Shown: in pieces, positions 12,279 through 23,796 of the stretch
How the letters are laid out: every line of letters begins with the position of its first letter
How positions within the stretch are numbered: position 1 is the stretch's first letter
NCBI GenBank assembly: GCA_900547235.1
Contig: URFP01000001.1
Coordinates: 53,359-117,358, forward strand
Origin: an uncultured Collinsella sp.
GTDB taxonomy: Bacteria; Actinomycetota; Coriobacteriia; Coriobacteriales; Coriobacteriaceae
DNA: 64,000 nucleotides
Direction: 5' to 3'
Program-made: the position numbers and the translations under genes
Notes under the pieces: generated by a model
What the model was told of the DNA's origin: nothing
Databases searched by the model: none
The model's input: the letters and a program-made list of their open reading frames with translations, nothing else

Positions 12279-12956
12279 TCACTCAAAATCTTCTTGACCC
12301 AGATCGGTATACAACCCGCGTTTGCGAATATAGCCGAGCACGGACTCGCTCGTAAGATAGCGCACGCTCATGCCACGGGCAACCCGCTTGCGAATGTTGG
12401 TCGAGCTAATCGCCAGCGCCGGAATCTGGATATACCGCACGTCAAACGGCAGGCCTGACTCTTTGATTCGCGCGCGAGCAGTATCGATATCAAAGCCCGG
12501 TCGCGTCGCCGCAATAAACGTGGCAAGCTCGGCGATTCGGTCGGCATCATGCCAGGTCACAATATCGATAATCGCGTCGGCGCCCGTAATAAAGTAGAGC
12601 TTTACCTGAGGCGGGTAAAAGTCGCGAAGGGCATGAAGCGTATCGGCCGTATAGGTCACGCCCGGACGGTCGATCTCGAATCGGCTCGCCAAAAAAGCCG
12701 GATTCGCAGCGGTGGCGAGGACCGTCATGGCATAACGGTCCTCAGCAGGCGTCACCGGTTTGTCGAGCTTAAAGGCGGGAGAGCCGGCCGGCATAAAGAG
12801 CACGGCGTCCAAGTCGAGCGACTCGCGCGCCTGCTCGGCGGTAACCAAGTGCCCGTAATGAATCGGGTCGAAGGTGCCACCCATAATGCCAAGCCGAAAC
12901 TCCTGCCCATCCTTGATAGGCAGCTCAGGCAGACCAATTCCACCGCGCAGCGACAT
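12279..12956 (-). CDS. nadD: Nicotinate-nucleotide adenylyltransferase
   Basis: GGTFDPIHYGH, FITGADA, ISSTNIR. Confidence 0.95.
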   Translation of the reverse strand: MSLRGGIGLPELPIKDGQEFRLGIMGGTFDPIHYGHLVTAEQARESLDLDAVLFMPAGSPAFKLDKPVTPAEDRYAMTVLATAANPAFLASRFEIDRPGVTYTADTLHALRDFYPPQVKLYFITGADAIIDIVTWHDADRIAELATFIAATRPGFDIDTARARIKESGLPFDVRYIQIPALAISSTNIRKRVARGMSVRYLTSESVLGYIRKRGLYTDLGQEDFE

Positions 12957-12959
12957 GAC

Positions 12960-14429
<1,470 letters not shown>

Positions 14430-14501
14430 CTACAAAAAGAGGGAGACCCTTGAATCCTAAAACTCAAGTGCCTCCCACATATGTGCTCTATGAAGGGTGA
14501 A

Positions 14502-14759
14502 TTACGCGTTCGCGAGCGGGCGTACGCTGACCCTGTGCTTGATACCCTTGTGGAACTCAACGGTACCGTCGACCAGCGCGAACAGCGTGTCGTCCTTGCC
14601 ACGGCCAACGTTCTCACCCGGGTGGATGTGCGTGCCGTGCTGACGGACGAGAATCGTGCCCGTGGTTACCGTCTGGCCGGCATAGCGCTTCGTGCCAAGG
14701 CGCTGACCGCGGGAGTCACGGCCATTACGGGAGGAACCGAGTCCTTTTTTGTGTGCCAT
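14502..14759 (-). CDS. rpmA: 50S ribosomal protein L27
   Basis: [16 protein letters not shown]; no N-terminal extension and no prp gene nearby. Confidence 0.97.
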   Translation of the reverse strand: MAHKKGLGSSRNGRDSRGQRLGTKRYAGQTVTTGTILVRQHGTHIHPGENVGRGKDDTLFALVDGTVEFHKGIKHRVSVRPLANA

Positions 14760-14792
14760 TGTGTATACCTACTCTTTCGTTACGAGTGTAAT

Positions 14793-15167
14793 CTACTCGG
14801 CGACGGGAGCCTCGGCAACAGCCTCGGCCTCTGCCTTGACAGCCTTCTTGGCGCGGGACGTAGCCTGGACCTTCACGATCTTCAGCTTGGTGAGCTGCTG
14901 ACGGTGACCCTTCAGACGACGATAGCGCTTACGCTTGTGGAACTTGAAGACCAGCTGCTTCTCGCCCTTGAACTGCTCAACGATCTGAGCGGTAACCTTG
15001 GCCTTGGCCAGCTTGTCGGGATCGGTGACGATCTTCTTACCATCGTTGAGGAAGATGACCGGCAGGGTGACCTTGTCGCCCTCATTGCCCTCGATCTTCT
15101 CGACGGTGATGACATCGTCGGTGGCGACCTTGTACTGCTTGCCGCCCGTGTTAACGATTGCGTACAT
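14793..15167 (-). CDS. rplU: 50S ribosomal protein L21
   Basis: MYAIVNTGGKQYKV, KGHRQQLT; start at ATG 15167. Confidence 0.96.
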   Translation of the reverse strand: MYAIVNTGGKQYKVATDDVITVEKIEGNEGDKVTLPVIFLNDGKKIVTDPDKLAKAKVTAQIVEQFKGEKQLVFKFHKRKRYRRLKGHRQQLTKLKIVKVQATSRAKKAVKAEAEAVAEAPVAE

Positions 15168-15234
15168 GTTTACTTGCCCTTCATGCATCAGTTAGTGCAA
15201 CAGTCGAATATAGTAGCAGGCGAAAATACCCCCG

Positions 15235-16047
15235 TCAACGAGTATGTGGAGCAAATCCACAAGTTCGCACAGGTATGGGGCTGACGAGTCGGCCCTCGTC
15301 GTCCTCGCATGCTTGATTCTGACGCTCGACATCGTAGGAGCAGATGGTCACGAGGTCTTGCATACCGGTGGAAACAATAGGTGCATCCACGCCCGGGGTC
15401 AAGCCCTGCAACAAAACATCAGCAGCGGAAAGCAAAATTTCCGGACGCATGGAGCCCTCGTTGTCGGCATGGGTGTCGAGCATGAGCACCAAATGGTCCG
15501 GGCGCTCCCCCGCCGTGAGCTCATAGCCCACGAGCGTGTGATCCAAATCCAAGCGCTTGCTCTTTTTGCCGCGCGCGTAGTCGATGCCATGGTCCGCGCG
15601 CAGCGTGTCGATCGCACGACGAACCTCGTCGGCGCTTACGGGCGCCTCGGGATCCAAGTGCAGGTCGATGCGATACGACAGACGCGTGAGCTGCGCCGTC
15701 AACGCCGGTGTGCGCACGTCGATGTACGCCGCCTCGATGGGCGCCAGATCGGCCGGAGACGCCGCAGCCAGGCGCCCAAACGCCTCGTCGAGCGCCACGA
15801 ACTCGGTCATAAACAGGTCATACCACTCGCAGGTCGACGACGTACCCACCGGTAGCGCCGAAGAGAAGCCCACGCGCATGTGCGGAGAGAAGCCCTGCGT
15901 GACGGCATAGGGAAGCCCCGCACGGCGCACGATGCGCTCAATGGTATGGATTACTTCGAGATGGCCCAGGTACTTAAGGCGATCGCGCTTGCCATAGCGA
16001 ACACGAAGTCTAAAGAGCGTGGGGTTGTCGGTCAGGCGCTCACTCAT
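15235..16047 (-). CDS. Radical SAM-linked protein (TIGR03936/DUF2344-like)
   Basis: YLGHLE, RRAGLPYAVTQGFSPH, ALPVG; overlaps the upstream radical SAM gene. Confidence 0.85.
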   Translation of the reverse strand: MSERLTDNPTLFRLRVRYGKRDRLKYLGHLEVIHTIERIVRRAGLPYAVTQGFSPHMRVGFSSALPVGTSSTCEWYDLFMTEFVALDEAFGRLAAASPADLAPIEAAYIDVRTPALTAQLTRLSYRIDLHLDPEAPVSADEVRRAIDTLRADHGIDYARGKKSKRLDLDHTLVGYELTAGERPDHLVLMLDTHADNEGSMRPEILLSAADVLLQGLTPGVDAPIVSTGMQDLVTICSYDVERQNQACEDDEGRLVSPIPVRTCGFAPHTR

Positions 16048-17921
16048 GCGCGATCACCCATCAATACATTCTTGGCGTGGAGCGTGGGGCAGATTCCGCA
16101 GCCGGTGCACGACGTGCGGGTGCAGTCGGGAGTCGTGACACCCTCGAGCGAGCGACGGTACTCGCGCTCGAGGAAGCCGCGCGTGCAGCCGGGGCTCACA
16201 TGCTCCCACGGCAGACGCCAGTCCAACTCGTAGGGCAGGTGCACGAGCTCATTGAGGTCGATGCCGTTTTTGGCAGCAGCCTCCTTCCAGATATCGAGCG
16301 AGAAATGCTCTACCCAGGCGTCAAAGCGAGAGCCCGCGCGCCAAGCATCGATGATGACGGGCGTCATGTCACGACCGGCGCGGGACAGAGCGGCCTCGAT
16401 GAGCGAGGTCTCGGCATCGTGGTAATGCACGCGGACGGCACGGTTGCGAACGCTCGTGATAAGCAGCTTCTGGCGACGCTTGACGTCGTCGTAGTCGAGC
16501 TGCGGGCACCACTGGAACGGCGTGGCAGCCTTGGGGATAAAGACCGAAACCGAGATGGACACCGAGATCGAGCCGCGACGAGCCTTGGGCACCACGGAAC
16601 GACCAAGCTCCAGCACGTGATCGGCCAGATTGGCGATGGCCACGATGTCCTCGTCGCGCTCGCCGGGAAGGCCCATCATAAAGTAGAGCTTCATGCGGTT
16701 CCAGCCGGCCTCGAAAGCCGCCTTGGCCGCACGGTCCAGGTCCTCCTCGGTCACGTTCTTGTTAATGATGTCGCGCATGCGCTGGCTGCCGGCCTCGGGC
16801 GCGAACGTCAGGCCGCCCTTCTTTTCGCCGGCGACCGACTCGGCCATATCCACGCCAAACGAATCCAGGCGCTGAGACGGAATAGACACGCGAATACCCG
16901 TGTCCTCCAGGCGACGGTTGAGCCTGCCGAGCACGTCGCGAATGCAGGAGTGGTCGGTCGTGGAGAGCGAGGTCAGCGACACCTCGTCATAGCCGGTCTT
17001 TTCCAGACCCTGAATCACCGACGAGACGATCTGGTCGGCCGAGCGCTCGCGCACCGGGCGATACGTCATGCCGGCCTGGCAAAAACGACAGCCGCGGGCG
17101 CAGCCACGCAGGATCTCGATAGACAGGCGGTCGTGGACCAGCTGCGCATAGGGTACGCACGACTGCGACAGCGGATTCGTGGCGCCGAAATCCTCGACGA
17201 CGCGCTTGTAGACCAAGGTCGGCGCATCCTTGCCCTCACGCGGCACGGTGTAGCCATGCGGCGAGCAGGGCTCGTCATGACGCACCTCATACAGGGACGG
17301 CACATAGGTACCGGCGACCGTCGCGAGCTGCTCGACAATCTGAGCGCGCGAGACGCCCTCGTCGCGCAGGCGGCGATGCAGCTGGCAGGTCTCGAGCAGC
17401 GATTCCTCGCCCTCGCCGATGAGGATGGCATCGAAGAAGGCCGCGTACGGCTCGGGGTTGTACACCGAGGGGCCGCCGGCGATGATGATGGGGTCGTCTT
17501 CGCCTCGGTCGGCCGCTAACAGCGGAATGCCAGCGAGGTCGAGTGCCTCAAGGAAGTTCGTCACCGCCATCTCGTGCGGCACATGCAGACCGACGATATC
17601 AAACGAAGCGACGGGGGCGGCACCCTCGAGCGACAGCAGCGGAATGCCCGCCTCGCGCATGGCGTCACCCATATCGGGCCACGGCACATAGCCGCGCTCA
17701 CAGGAGATGCCCTCGGCCTGGTTAAGGATGTTGTAGAGGATGGCGATACCCTGGTTGGGCAGACCGACCTCGTACACATCCGGGTAGATCAGGCAGCAAC
17801 GGTAGTCGGCATCGGCCTTTGAAAGCGTGCCCCACTCGTGATCGATATAGCGACTCGGCTTTTCGACCTTGGCGAGCAGCGGCTCAATTAAATGAAAACA
17901 GTCTTGATACGGAACGCGCAA
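16044..17921 (-). CDS. B12-binding-type radical SAM protein (TIGR03960-like)
   Basis: VEKPSRY, YPDVYEVG, RGCARGCRFCQAG (CxxxCxxC), LTFAPEAGSQR, KLYFMMGLPGE. Confidence 0.88.
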   Translation of the reverse strand: MRVPYQDCFHLIEPLLAKVEKPSRYIDHEWGTLSKADADYRCCLIYPDVYEVGLPNQGIAILYNILNQAEGISCERGYVPWPDMGDAMREAGIPLLSLEGAAPVASFDIVGLHVPHEMAVTNFLEALDLAGIPLLAADRGEDDPIIIAGGPSVYNPEPYAAFFDAILIGEGEESLLETCQLHRRLRDEGVSRAQIVEQLATVAGTYVPSLYEVRHDEPCSPHGYTVPREGKDAPTLVYKRVVEDFGATNPLSQSCVPYAQLVHDRLSIEILRGCARGCRFCQAGMTYRPVRERSADQIVSSVIQGLEKTGYDEVSLTSLSTTDHSCIRDVLGRLNRRLEDTGIRVSIPSQRLDSFGVDMAESVAGEKKGGLTFAPEAGSQRMRDIINKNVTEEDLDRAAKAAFEAGWNRMKLYFMMGLPGERDEDIVAIANLADHVLELGRSVVPKARRGSISVSISVSVFIPKAATPFQWCPQLDYDDVKRRQKLLITSVRNRAVRVHYHDAETSLIEAALSRAGRDMTPVIIDAWRAGSRFDAWVEHFSLDIWKEAAAKNGIDLNELVHLPYELDWRLPWEHVSPGCTRGFLEREYRRSLEGVTTPDCTRTSCTGCGICPTLHAKNVLMGDRA

Positions 17922-17931
17922 CGGAAAACCC

Positions 17932-18861
17932 CTAAGCAGCGAGATCGGATGCGTCCTCGTAGGACGCCATAGGACGGGTAGCGCCCGCGACCGTGGTCAC
18001 CAGATCGCGAACGCGGGAGAACGTGGCAGTGACCACCTCGTTGGCACGGCTGTAGTCGACATCGCGCTCGTAGAGCGAAACGAGCGCACGGCCCATGCCA
18101 TAGGTGCCCGCGGCGGCAGTAAGCGCCTTGACGGCAAACCCAATATGTGGCGTCTGCTTGACGAGCGCGCGGGTGACCGCGCGGATCGCAAGACCGCCGG
18201 CAAGCACGCCCGCGACCTCGTAGCCGCGCTCAGGCTTAATGCCGCGTCCAAAGACGGCAGCGAGCTCAAAGAGCATGCCCACCTGCGCCAGCGCCATCAC
18301 GGGATAATCGGCGCCCGGCAAAAACACCAGCGCACCGGTCGCCATATTGGTGAGCGCGCACGAGGTGATGATACGATTAGCCGCCGCGATGCGCATGAAG
18401 GCAAAGTTCGCCGCAAAAGCCGTTTCCTTGTCGGTGCGATCGAGAATCCAGCGGGCAAGCGTCTCGAGCAGATACGTCTTATCGGTTGCCGCCACCACGC
18501 CGAGCATGGGCGTGGACTCCTCGATAAACGGCACCTCCACAGCAGACTCGGCAAGCACGCACACGGGCGCGCCGGCGATCACGAGCTCCTGCACGGCACT
18601 CTCCAAGCGGTCGGAGCCGCACGAGAGCACCAGTACCACATCGGTATCGGTCTTTGGAGCAATTCGCTCCTCCCCCAAACGCTCGACGCGCACAATGCCC
18701 GAGGTCGTCTGCGGCACAAAGGCGTCACGCACCGTCTCGGCCAGAAAGCGCGAGGCGGACGAATCCAGATAGACCGAGACGCGCACCGGCGTATCGGAAT
18801 CCTTCTTAACGGACGCGCCCATCTTAAAAGCGCGGGTCAGCTTATCTACGGGAATTTTCAT
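17932..18861 (-). CDS. Hypothetical protein with a hydrophobic C-terminal region (DUF697-like)
   Basis: 309-aa ORF in operon context with host codon usage; PGADYPVM..Q..M..LA..FG pattern. Confidence 0.6.
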   Translation of the reverse strand: MKIPVDKLTRAFKMGASVKKDSDTPVRVSVYLDSSASRFLAETVRDAFVPQTTSGIVRVERLGEERIAPKTDTDVVLVLSCGSDRLESAVQELVIAGAPVCVLAESAVEVPFIEESTPMLGVVAATDKTYLLETLARWILDRTDKETAFAANFAFMRIAAANRIITSCALTNMATGALVFLPGADYPVMALAQVGMLFELAAVFGRGIKPERGYEVAGVLAGGLAIRAVTRALVKQTPHIGFAVKALTAAAGTYGMGRALVSLYERDVDYSRANEVVTATFSRVRDLVTTVAGATRPMASYEDASDLAA

Positions 18862-18879
18862 AGCAAACCCCTCCAGCGG

Positions 18880-20106
18880 TTACGCGGCGCCCGAACGATG
18901 CCGCCATATGGATTGTACGATACCCACCGTCAGCAGCTGAATCATCATCGAAGACGAACCAAAGCTAATAAACGGTAGCGGAATACCGGTAATCGGCATC
19001 ATGCCGATGCACATGCCGATGTTTTCGAAGGTCTGGAACGCCCACATGCCAACGATGCCCACACACGAAAGGCGCAAGAACAGCGACTCACACTTAAAGG
19101 CGACGCGAATCGTCGAAAAGATCAGCAGCACGTAGAGGCATAGGAGCAAAAAGGAACCGCAAAAGCCAAAGGTCTCGGACAGGAAGGCGAAGACGAAGTC
19201 GGTGTGGAACTCAGGCAGAAAGCCGCCGGCCGACTGCGTCGCATGGCCCAAACCCTTACCAAAGAAGCCACCCGAGCCAACGGCGATAAGCGACTGCTGC
19301 AGGTTGTAGGCATCGTCCGAATCGGCATTATCGGGGTCGATAAAGACCGTCAGGCGGTTCATCTGATACTGCTTGATGAGCACATCGTGGCCGAGCAACG
19401 AATCAAAGACCGAATCGAGCGCCAGGACGAGGGCCACCAGGCCCACGAGCAGGGCCAGGGTCGACAGCACCCATTCGCGGCGTGCACCGCTCATGCAGAT
19501 GACGATGGCGCCCGAGACCAGCACGACCAGGCCCGAGCCCAGGTCGCCCATGGCGACGACGGCCAAAAACGGGATGGACAGCATGCCGCAGAGCTTGACG
19601 TAGTCGCGAACGGTATCGATGCGGCCGTTATACTGCGAGCCAAGCGTGGCAATAAAAAAGATGGTGATGAGCTTGGCAAGCTCAACCGGCTGGAATGTCA
19701 AGCCGATACCGGGAATCTTGATCCAGCCCGTCATGCCCAGACCGCCCGTATAGGACAGACCCGGAATCTTGGGCGAGAAGATAACGATCAGGTCGATGAC
19801 GAGCAACGCTGTCGAGAAATTGGAAATACCGCGCAGGTCGGTACGCCAGACCAGCACCGCCAGCACCGCCCCGATGCCAATTCCCAGAAGATGACGTGAG
19901 AACGAGGCATCGGCCTTAAACTGCGAAGCCGACCAGATAATGATGGCACCGTAGGCGACGAGCGCCACTGTAGCCACGAGCACACCGATATGCACCTTTT
20001 GGCGAAACGTGCCGCGCGAGGCCGAAAGTTGCTTGTTGACGCGGTCCAGGCTGCTGCGAGAGCCGGTCTTGGTTGAACGGAACAGATCCGCCGGAGAAAA
20101 ATCCAT
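18880..20106 (-). CDS. rodA: SEDS peptidoglycan polymerase RodA
   Basis: FQPVELAK, DLGSG, AVGSGG, LPEFHTDFVF, PITGIPLPFISFG; follows pbp2. Confidence 0.92.
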   Translation of the reverse strand: MDFSPADLFRSTKTGSRSSLDRVNKQLSASRGTFRQKVHIGVLVATVALVAYGAIIIWSASQFKADASFSRHLLGIGIGAVLAVLVWRTDLRGISNFSTALLVIDLIVIFSPKIPGLSYTGGLGMTGWIKIPGIGLTFQPVELAKLITIFFIATLGSQYNGRIDTVRDYVKLCGMLSIPFLAVVAMGDLGSGLVVLVSGAIVICMSGARREWVLSTLALLVGLVALVLALDSVFDSLLGHDVLIKQYQMNRLTVFIDPDNADSDDAYNLQQSLIAVGSGGFFGKGLGHATQSAGGFLPEFHTDFVFAFLSETFGFCGSFLLLCLYVLLIFSTIRVAFKCESLFLRLSCVGIVGMWAFQTFENIGMCIGMMPITGIPLPFISFGSSSMMIQLLTVGIVQSIWRHRSGAA

Positions 20107-20115
20107 CGCAACCTC

Positions 20116-22185
20116 CTATCGAACCGAAGAATCGCCCGAGGCCGAAGAGGTGTCGGGCTCGTCATAAATCACGCCGAGCACATCGCGCACGACATGCATC
20201 GCGGTATCTGAGCCACCGCCGCCCTGCTCCAGGACCGTAGCGATGACATACTTGGGATCATCGGCCGGCGCATAGGCGCAAAACCACGCGTATTCGTCCT
20301 CGCCGCTTTTCTCGCCCGTGCCCGACTTGCCGTATACCTGCGGCGTCAGGGTGCCAAAGTGAGCCGCCAAGGACGTCGATGCCGTGTAAATCACGTCGTG
20401 CATGCCGTTGCGAACAAGAGCCAAATCCGAATCGCTGTTGATCTTGGCCTCCAGGCGCTTCTTCTTGCCCTTGCCGTTGTACTTATAGGCATCGCCGTCG
20501 CCATCGCGCGATACTGCAGACAAAAAAACGTGAGGCACGTACTGTTTGCCGCCGTTGGCAAGACCCATATAGGCGCACGCCATCTGCAGGGGCGTCACCA
20601 GGATGTCGCCCTGGCCGATGGCAATGTTGGTCATATCGCCGGCATTCCACTTGCGGTCCTCGGCAGAGGCGTCGGTAAAGTACGAATCCTTCCACTCGGC
20701 ATCGGGAATACGGCCCGCGCCCTCACTCGGCAGATCAATACCGCAGGTCTTGCCTAGGCCCCAGCGACGAAAGACCTCCTGCAGGCCCTCGGAATGTTGC
20801 TCGTCATAAAAGAACGCCTTGCCCATGTCGTAGAAGACGGGGTCGCACGAGTTGGCGATACCCGACTGCAGCGTCATGGTGCCGTGGCCAGACGTCAACC
20901 AGCAGCGCTTGCCCCAAGCCTTGCCCAAGCCCGTCCAATAGCCCGTGCAGTTGGTTGTCTGTGTTGAAGTGTAGGTTCCAAACTCAAGACCGGCCAGTGC
21001 CGAGAGTGGCTTGATGGTCGAGGCCGACATGTACTGTCCGCTAATGGCGCGGTTGAGCAGCGGGTGCGAACCCTTGTCATCATTGAGCTCGGTCCACACG
21101 TCATTTGAGACGCCGCCGATAAAGACGGACGGATCGAACTTGGGCTCGCTCGCCATGCCCAGGATCTCGCCATTGTTGGGATCGAGACACACCACAGCGC
21201 CGTTGCCGGCATTGCTGTAGCCAGTGGTCTTGGCAAGCTCGATGGCGCTCGCCAGCGCCGTCTCACAGGCCTGTTGGATCTTAAGGTCGAGCGTGAGCTT
21301 AATGTCGGAGCCGGCCTTCGCGGGCACGGCGCCGGCCTGACCAGTCACATTGCCCGAGGCATCGACCTTGACGGTCTGCTCGCCACGAATACCCTGCAGC
21401 AGGTTTTCGTAGTAGCTCTCAACACCCGCCTGGCCCACGATATCGCCCGACTGGTACGTAATCCGGCCAGCAGAAGCATCATCATCACCAGAGGTTTTCT
21501 TATTCTGGGCCTCGAGCTGCTCGGAGGTAATGGTGCCGGTATAGCCCAAGATATGGCATGCCGTCTCGCCATATGGATACTGGCGCTCGGTACGCTCGGC
21601 AATCTTGACGCCCGGGAACTCGCCGGCGTGCTCCTGAATATAGGCAACCGTGGAGCGACGGACGTCCGTCGCGATGGTATGCAGGCTCTGGGCGCCCTCG
21701 GAATTGTCCTGGATATTGCGCAGAACCGCCACGTAGGGCATACCGAGCACGTTGGCAAGATGGCGAACCAGAACCTCATCCTCGGCAAGGTCGCGGTAGG
21801 CCACGACAGCAAGTGAGGGACGGTTCTGGACAAGTGCCACGCCATTGCGGTCGAGGATGCGGCCGCGCACAGCGGGTGTGGTAACGGTGCGCGTCTGATT
21901 ACTATTAGCCTGCTTTTCGTAATAGTCCGACGAGACCATCTGCATGCCCCACAGCTTGACGGCAAGCGCCGCGAACATCGCGCCCACACCCGTGGTGAGG
22001 ATGGAGAAGCGGCCCTTAAAGGCGGTCGCCGCGGTATTGCCCTCGCCCTCGGTGGCGCGCGGGGCCGTTCCATGCTGCGTATCGTAGGTAAAACGGGAAT
22101 CGCCGCGACGCATGATGACCAGCGCGACCACGATGGCCACAACCAGCACGATACCGGCGATAATAACCGTCATCTGGGAAGACAT
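20116..22185 (-). CDS. mrdA: Penicillin-binding protein 2
   Basis: RGRILDRNG, STIK (SxxK), SCD, KSGT motifs; located in the mre cluster. Confidence 0.92.
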   Translation of the reverse strand: MSSQMTVIIAGIVLVVAIVVALVIMRRGDSRFTYDTQHGTAPRATEGEGNTAATAFKGRFSILTTGVGAMFAALAVKLWGMQMVSSDYYEKQANSNQTRTVTTPAVRGRILDRNGVALVQNRPSLAVVAYRDLAEDEVLVRHLANVLGMPYVAVLRNIQDNSEGAQSLHTIATDVRRSTVAYIQEHAGEFPGVKIAERTERQYPYGETACHILGYTGTITSEQLEAQNKKTSGDDDASAGRITYQSGDIVGQAGVESYYENLLQGIRGEQTVKVDASGNVTGQAGAVPAKAGSDIKLTLDLKIQQACETALASAIELAKTTGYSNAGNGAVVCLDPNNGEILGMASEPKFDPSVFIGGVSNDVWTELNDDKGSHPLLNRAISGQYMSASTIKPLSALAGLEFGTYTSTQTTNCTGYWTGLGKAWGKRCWLTSGHGTMTLQSGIANSCDPVFYDMGKAFFYDEQHSEGLQEVFRRWGLGKTCGIDLPSEGAGRIPDAEWKDSYFTDASAEDRKWNAGDMTNIAIGQGDILVTPLQMACAYMGLANGGKQYVPHVFLSAVSRDGDGDAYKYNGKGKKKRLEAKINSDSDLALVRNGMHDVIYTASTSLAAHFGTLTPQVYGKSGTGEKSGEDEYAWFCAYAPADDPKYVIATVLEQGGGGSDTAMHVVRDVLGVIYDEPDTSSASGDSSVR

Positions 22186-22198
22186 CTACAGGCCTCCC

Positions 22199-22771
22199 CT
22201 ATTTGAGCTTGCGGGTCTTGGGCTTAAAGCGCATGCCCGTCTGGCGTCCGCCACGTGCGGAGAATCCATAACCGGACTGCGGCACGACGCCGGACATCAA
22301 AAACGGAATGGCAACCAGACCCGTCAGGATCGAAGACGGCAGCGCATGGCCGAAGATCGCCACGACAAAGCTCGTCTCCAAACCCATAAACAGCAAGATG
22401 ATGCTGTAGATCACATTAATGACGAACGCGAAGGCGCCCACCGTGATGCCGCGCGCACTCGGGGTACCGCCCGTCTGACCGGCAGCGCTATGCACCAGGG
22501 CAAAAGAACCCACGGTCAGCAGGAGCGACATAACGCCCACCGGCACGGCAGCGGAAAGGTCATAGAACAAGCCGCTGCAAAAACCGCACACGACGGCACG
22601 GGTCGGGTCGCCCGAGAACACACTCAGGCACACCAGGATAATCATAAAGTCAACGCGACCGCCCGCAATGGAGATCTGCGGTGCCAGGCCTGTCTGCAGC
22701 AGCACGCACACGATGGCGGCGATTACAAACGTGCGGGAGCTCATCCCCTGCTCGTGTAGATCCATGGACAT
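22199..22771 (-). CDS. mreD: Rod shape-determining protein MreD
   Basis: Multi-TM protein, GFCSGLFYD, between mreC and pbp2. Confidence 0.85.
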   Translation of the reverse strand: MSMDLHEQGMSSRTFVIAAIVCVLLQTGLAPQISIAGGRVDFMIILVCLSVFSGDPTRAVVCGFCSGLFYDLSAAVPVGVMSLLLTVGSFALVHSAAGQTGGTPSARGITVGAFAFVINVIYSIILLFMGLETSFVVAIFGHALPSSILTGLVAIPFLMSGVVPQSGYGFSARGGRQTGMRFKPKTRKLK

Positions 22772-22776
22772 GCCCC

Positions 22777-23775
22777 CTATTCGCTCGAGCCGGAATCGGT
22801 CGTCTCGGACGTGTCGGAACTGTCATCCGGGCTCTCGTCCTTCGTCTTGGTCGCAGCATCGCGCGACGTTCCCTGCGGCGTGCTGTTGGCCGTGTTCACG
22901 TCCTCATCCGAGGCCGACTGTTCGTCGGTCAGCGAGGTGATGACCAGCACTTCCTCGTTGTTCTCGGCCGTGGTCTGAGCGCGCACCACAATGGTGTAGT
23001 ACACGTCGTTAGCCGATTTCTCAACCGACGAGACGGTGCCGAGCGGTAGACCCTTGGGGAACACGCCGCCAATGCCCGATGTCACGATGATGTCGCCAAC
23101 CTTAACGTCGGAATCGACGCTCACGTACTCAAGACGCAGCGTGCCGTCAGCCTGACCCTGCAGCATGCCCTGGGCGCGCGTATCCTGCACCATGGCGGAC
23201 ACGCCCGAGTTCTCATCGCCAATCAGGCGCACGGTGGAGGTCTTGGCCGAGACCTCGATAATCTGGCCTATGACACCGGCAGAACTCGTCACGGGCATGT
23301 TGATGGTAAGCCCGTCGGCAGAACCCTTATCGATGGTGACAGTCGAGGTCCAGGCATCGCCCGATGCGCCGACGATACGAGCTGCGGTTGATTTGAGGTT
23401 GTAGGTCGACTGCAGGCCGACCAGCCCCTCCAGTCGCTCGGCAGTCTTTTGAGCCTCGGAGAGCTCGGCAACCTTAGAGGTCAGTTCCTCGTTTTGCTTC
23501 TTAAGCTCGTCAAGCGTGTCCTGCGACGCCGTAAGGTTTGAGAACACATTACCGATTGCGTTGAACGGCGCGGCTACGGCCGAGCCCACAAAACGCACCG
23601 GCGAGGTAATCGTCGTCACGCCCGAGCGCACGGCATGAATCGGTCCTGCCTCGCCCTCGCGGATGTAAAACGTGAGCAGCAACACCGAAATCAGGCTGAA
23701 AACAATCAACGGGCGCATACCCGTTGATTGTCGCTTGGTATTCAGATTTGTGGAGAAACCCGAAGATCGTGCCAA
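22777..23775 (-). CDS. mreC: Rod shape-determining protein MreC
   Basis: TM plus coiled coil, IDKGSADG, VTSGIGGVFPKGLPLG. Confidence 0.93.
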   Translation of the reverse strand: MARSSGFSTNLNTKRQSTGMRPLIVFSLISVLLLTFYIREGEAGPIHAVRSGVTTITSPVRFVGSAVAAPFNAIGNVFSNLTASQDTLDELKKQNEELTSKVAELSEAQKTAERLEGLVGLQSTYNLKSTAARIVGASGDAWTSTVTIDKGSADGLTINMPVTSSAGVIGQIIEVSAKTSTVRLIGDENSGVSAMVQDTRAQGMLQGQADGTLRLEYVSVDSDVKVGDIIVTSGIGGVFPKGLPLGTVSSVEKSANDVYYTIVVRAQTTAENNEEVLVITSLTDEQSASDEDVNTANSTPQGTSRDAATKTKDESPDDSSDTSETTDSGSSE

Positions 23776-23796
23776 ATGGAATCCACCTTTTGGAAA

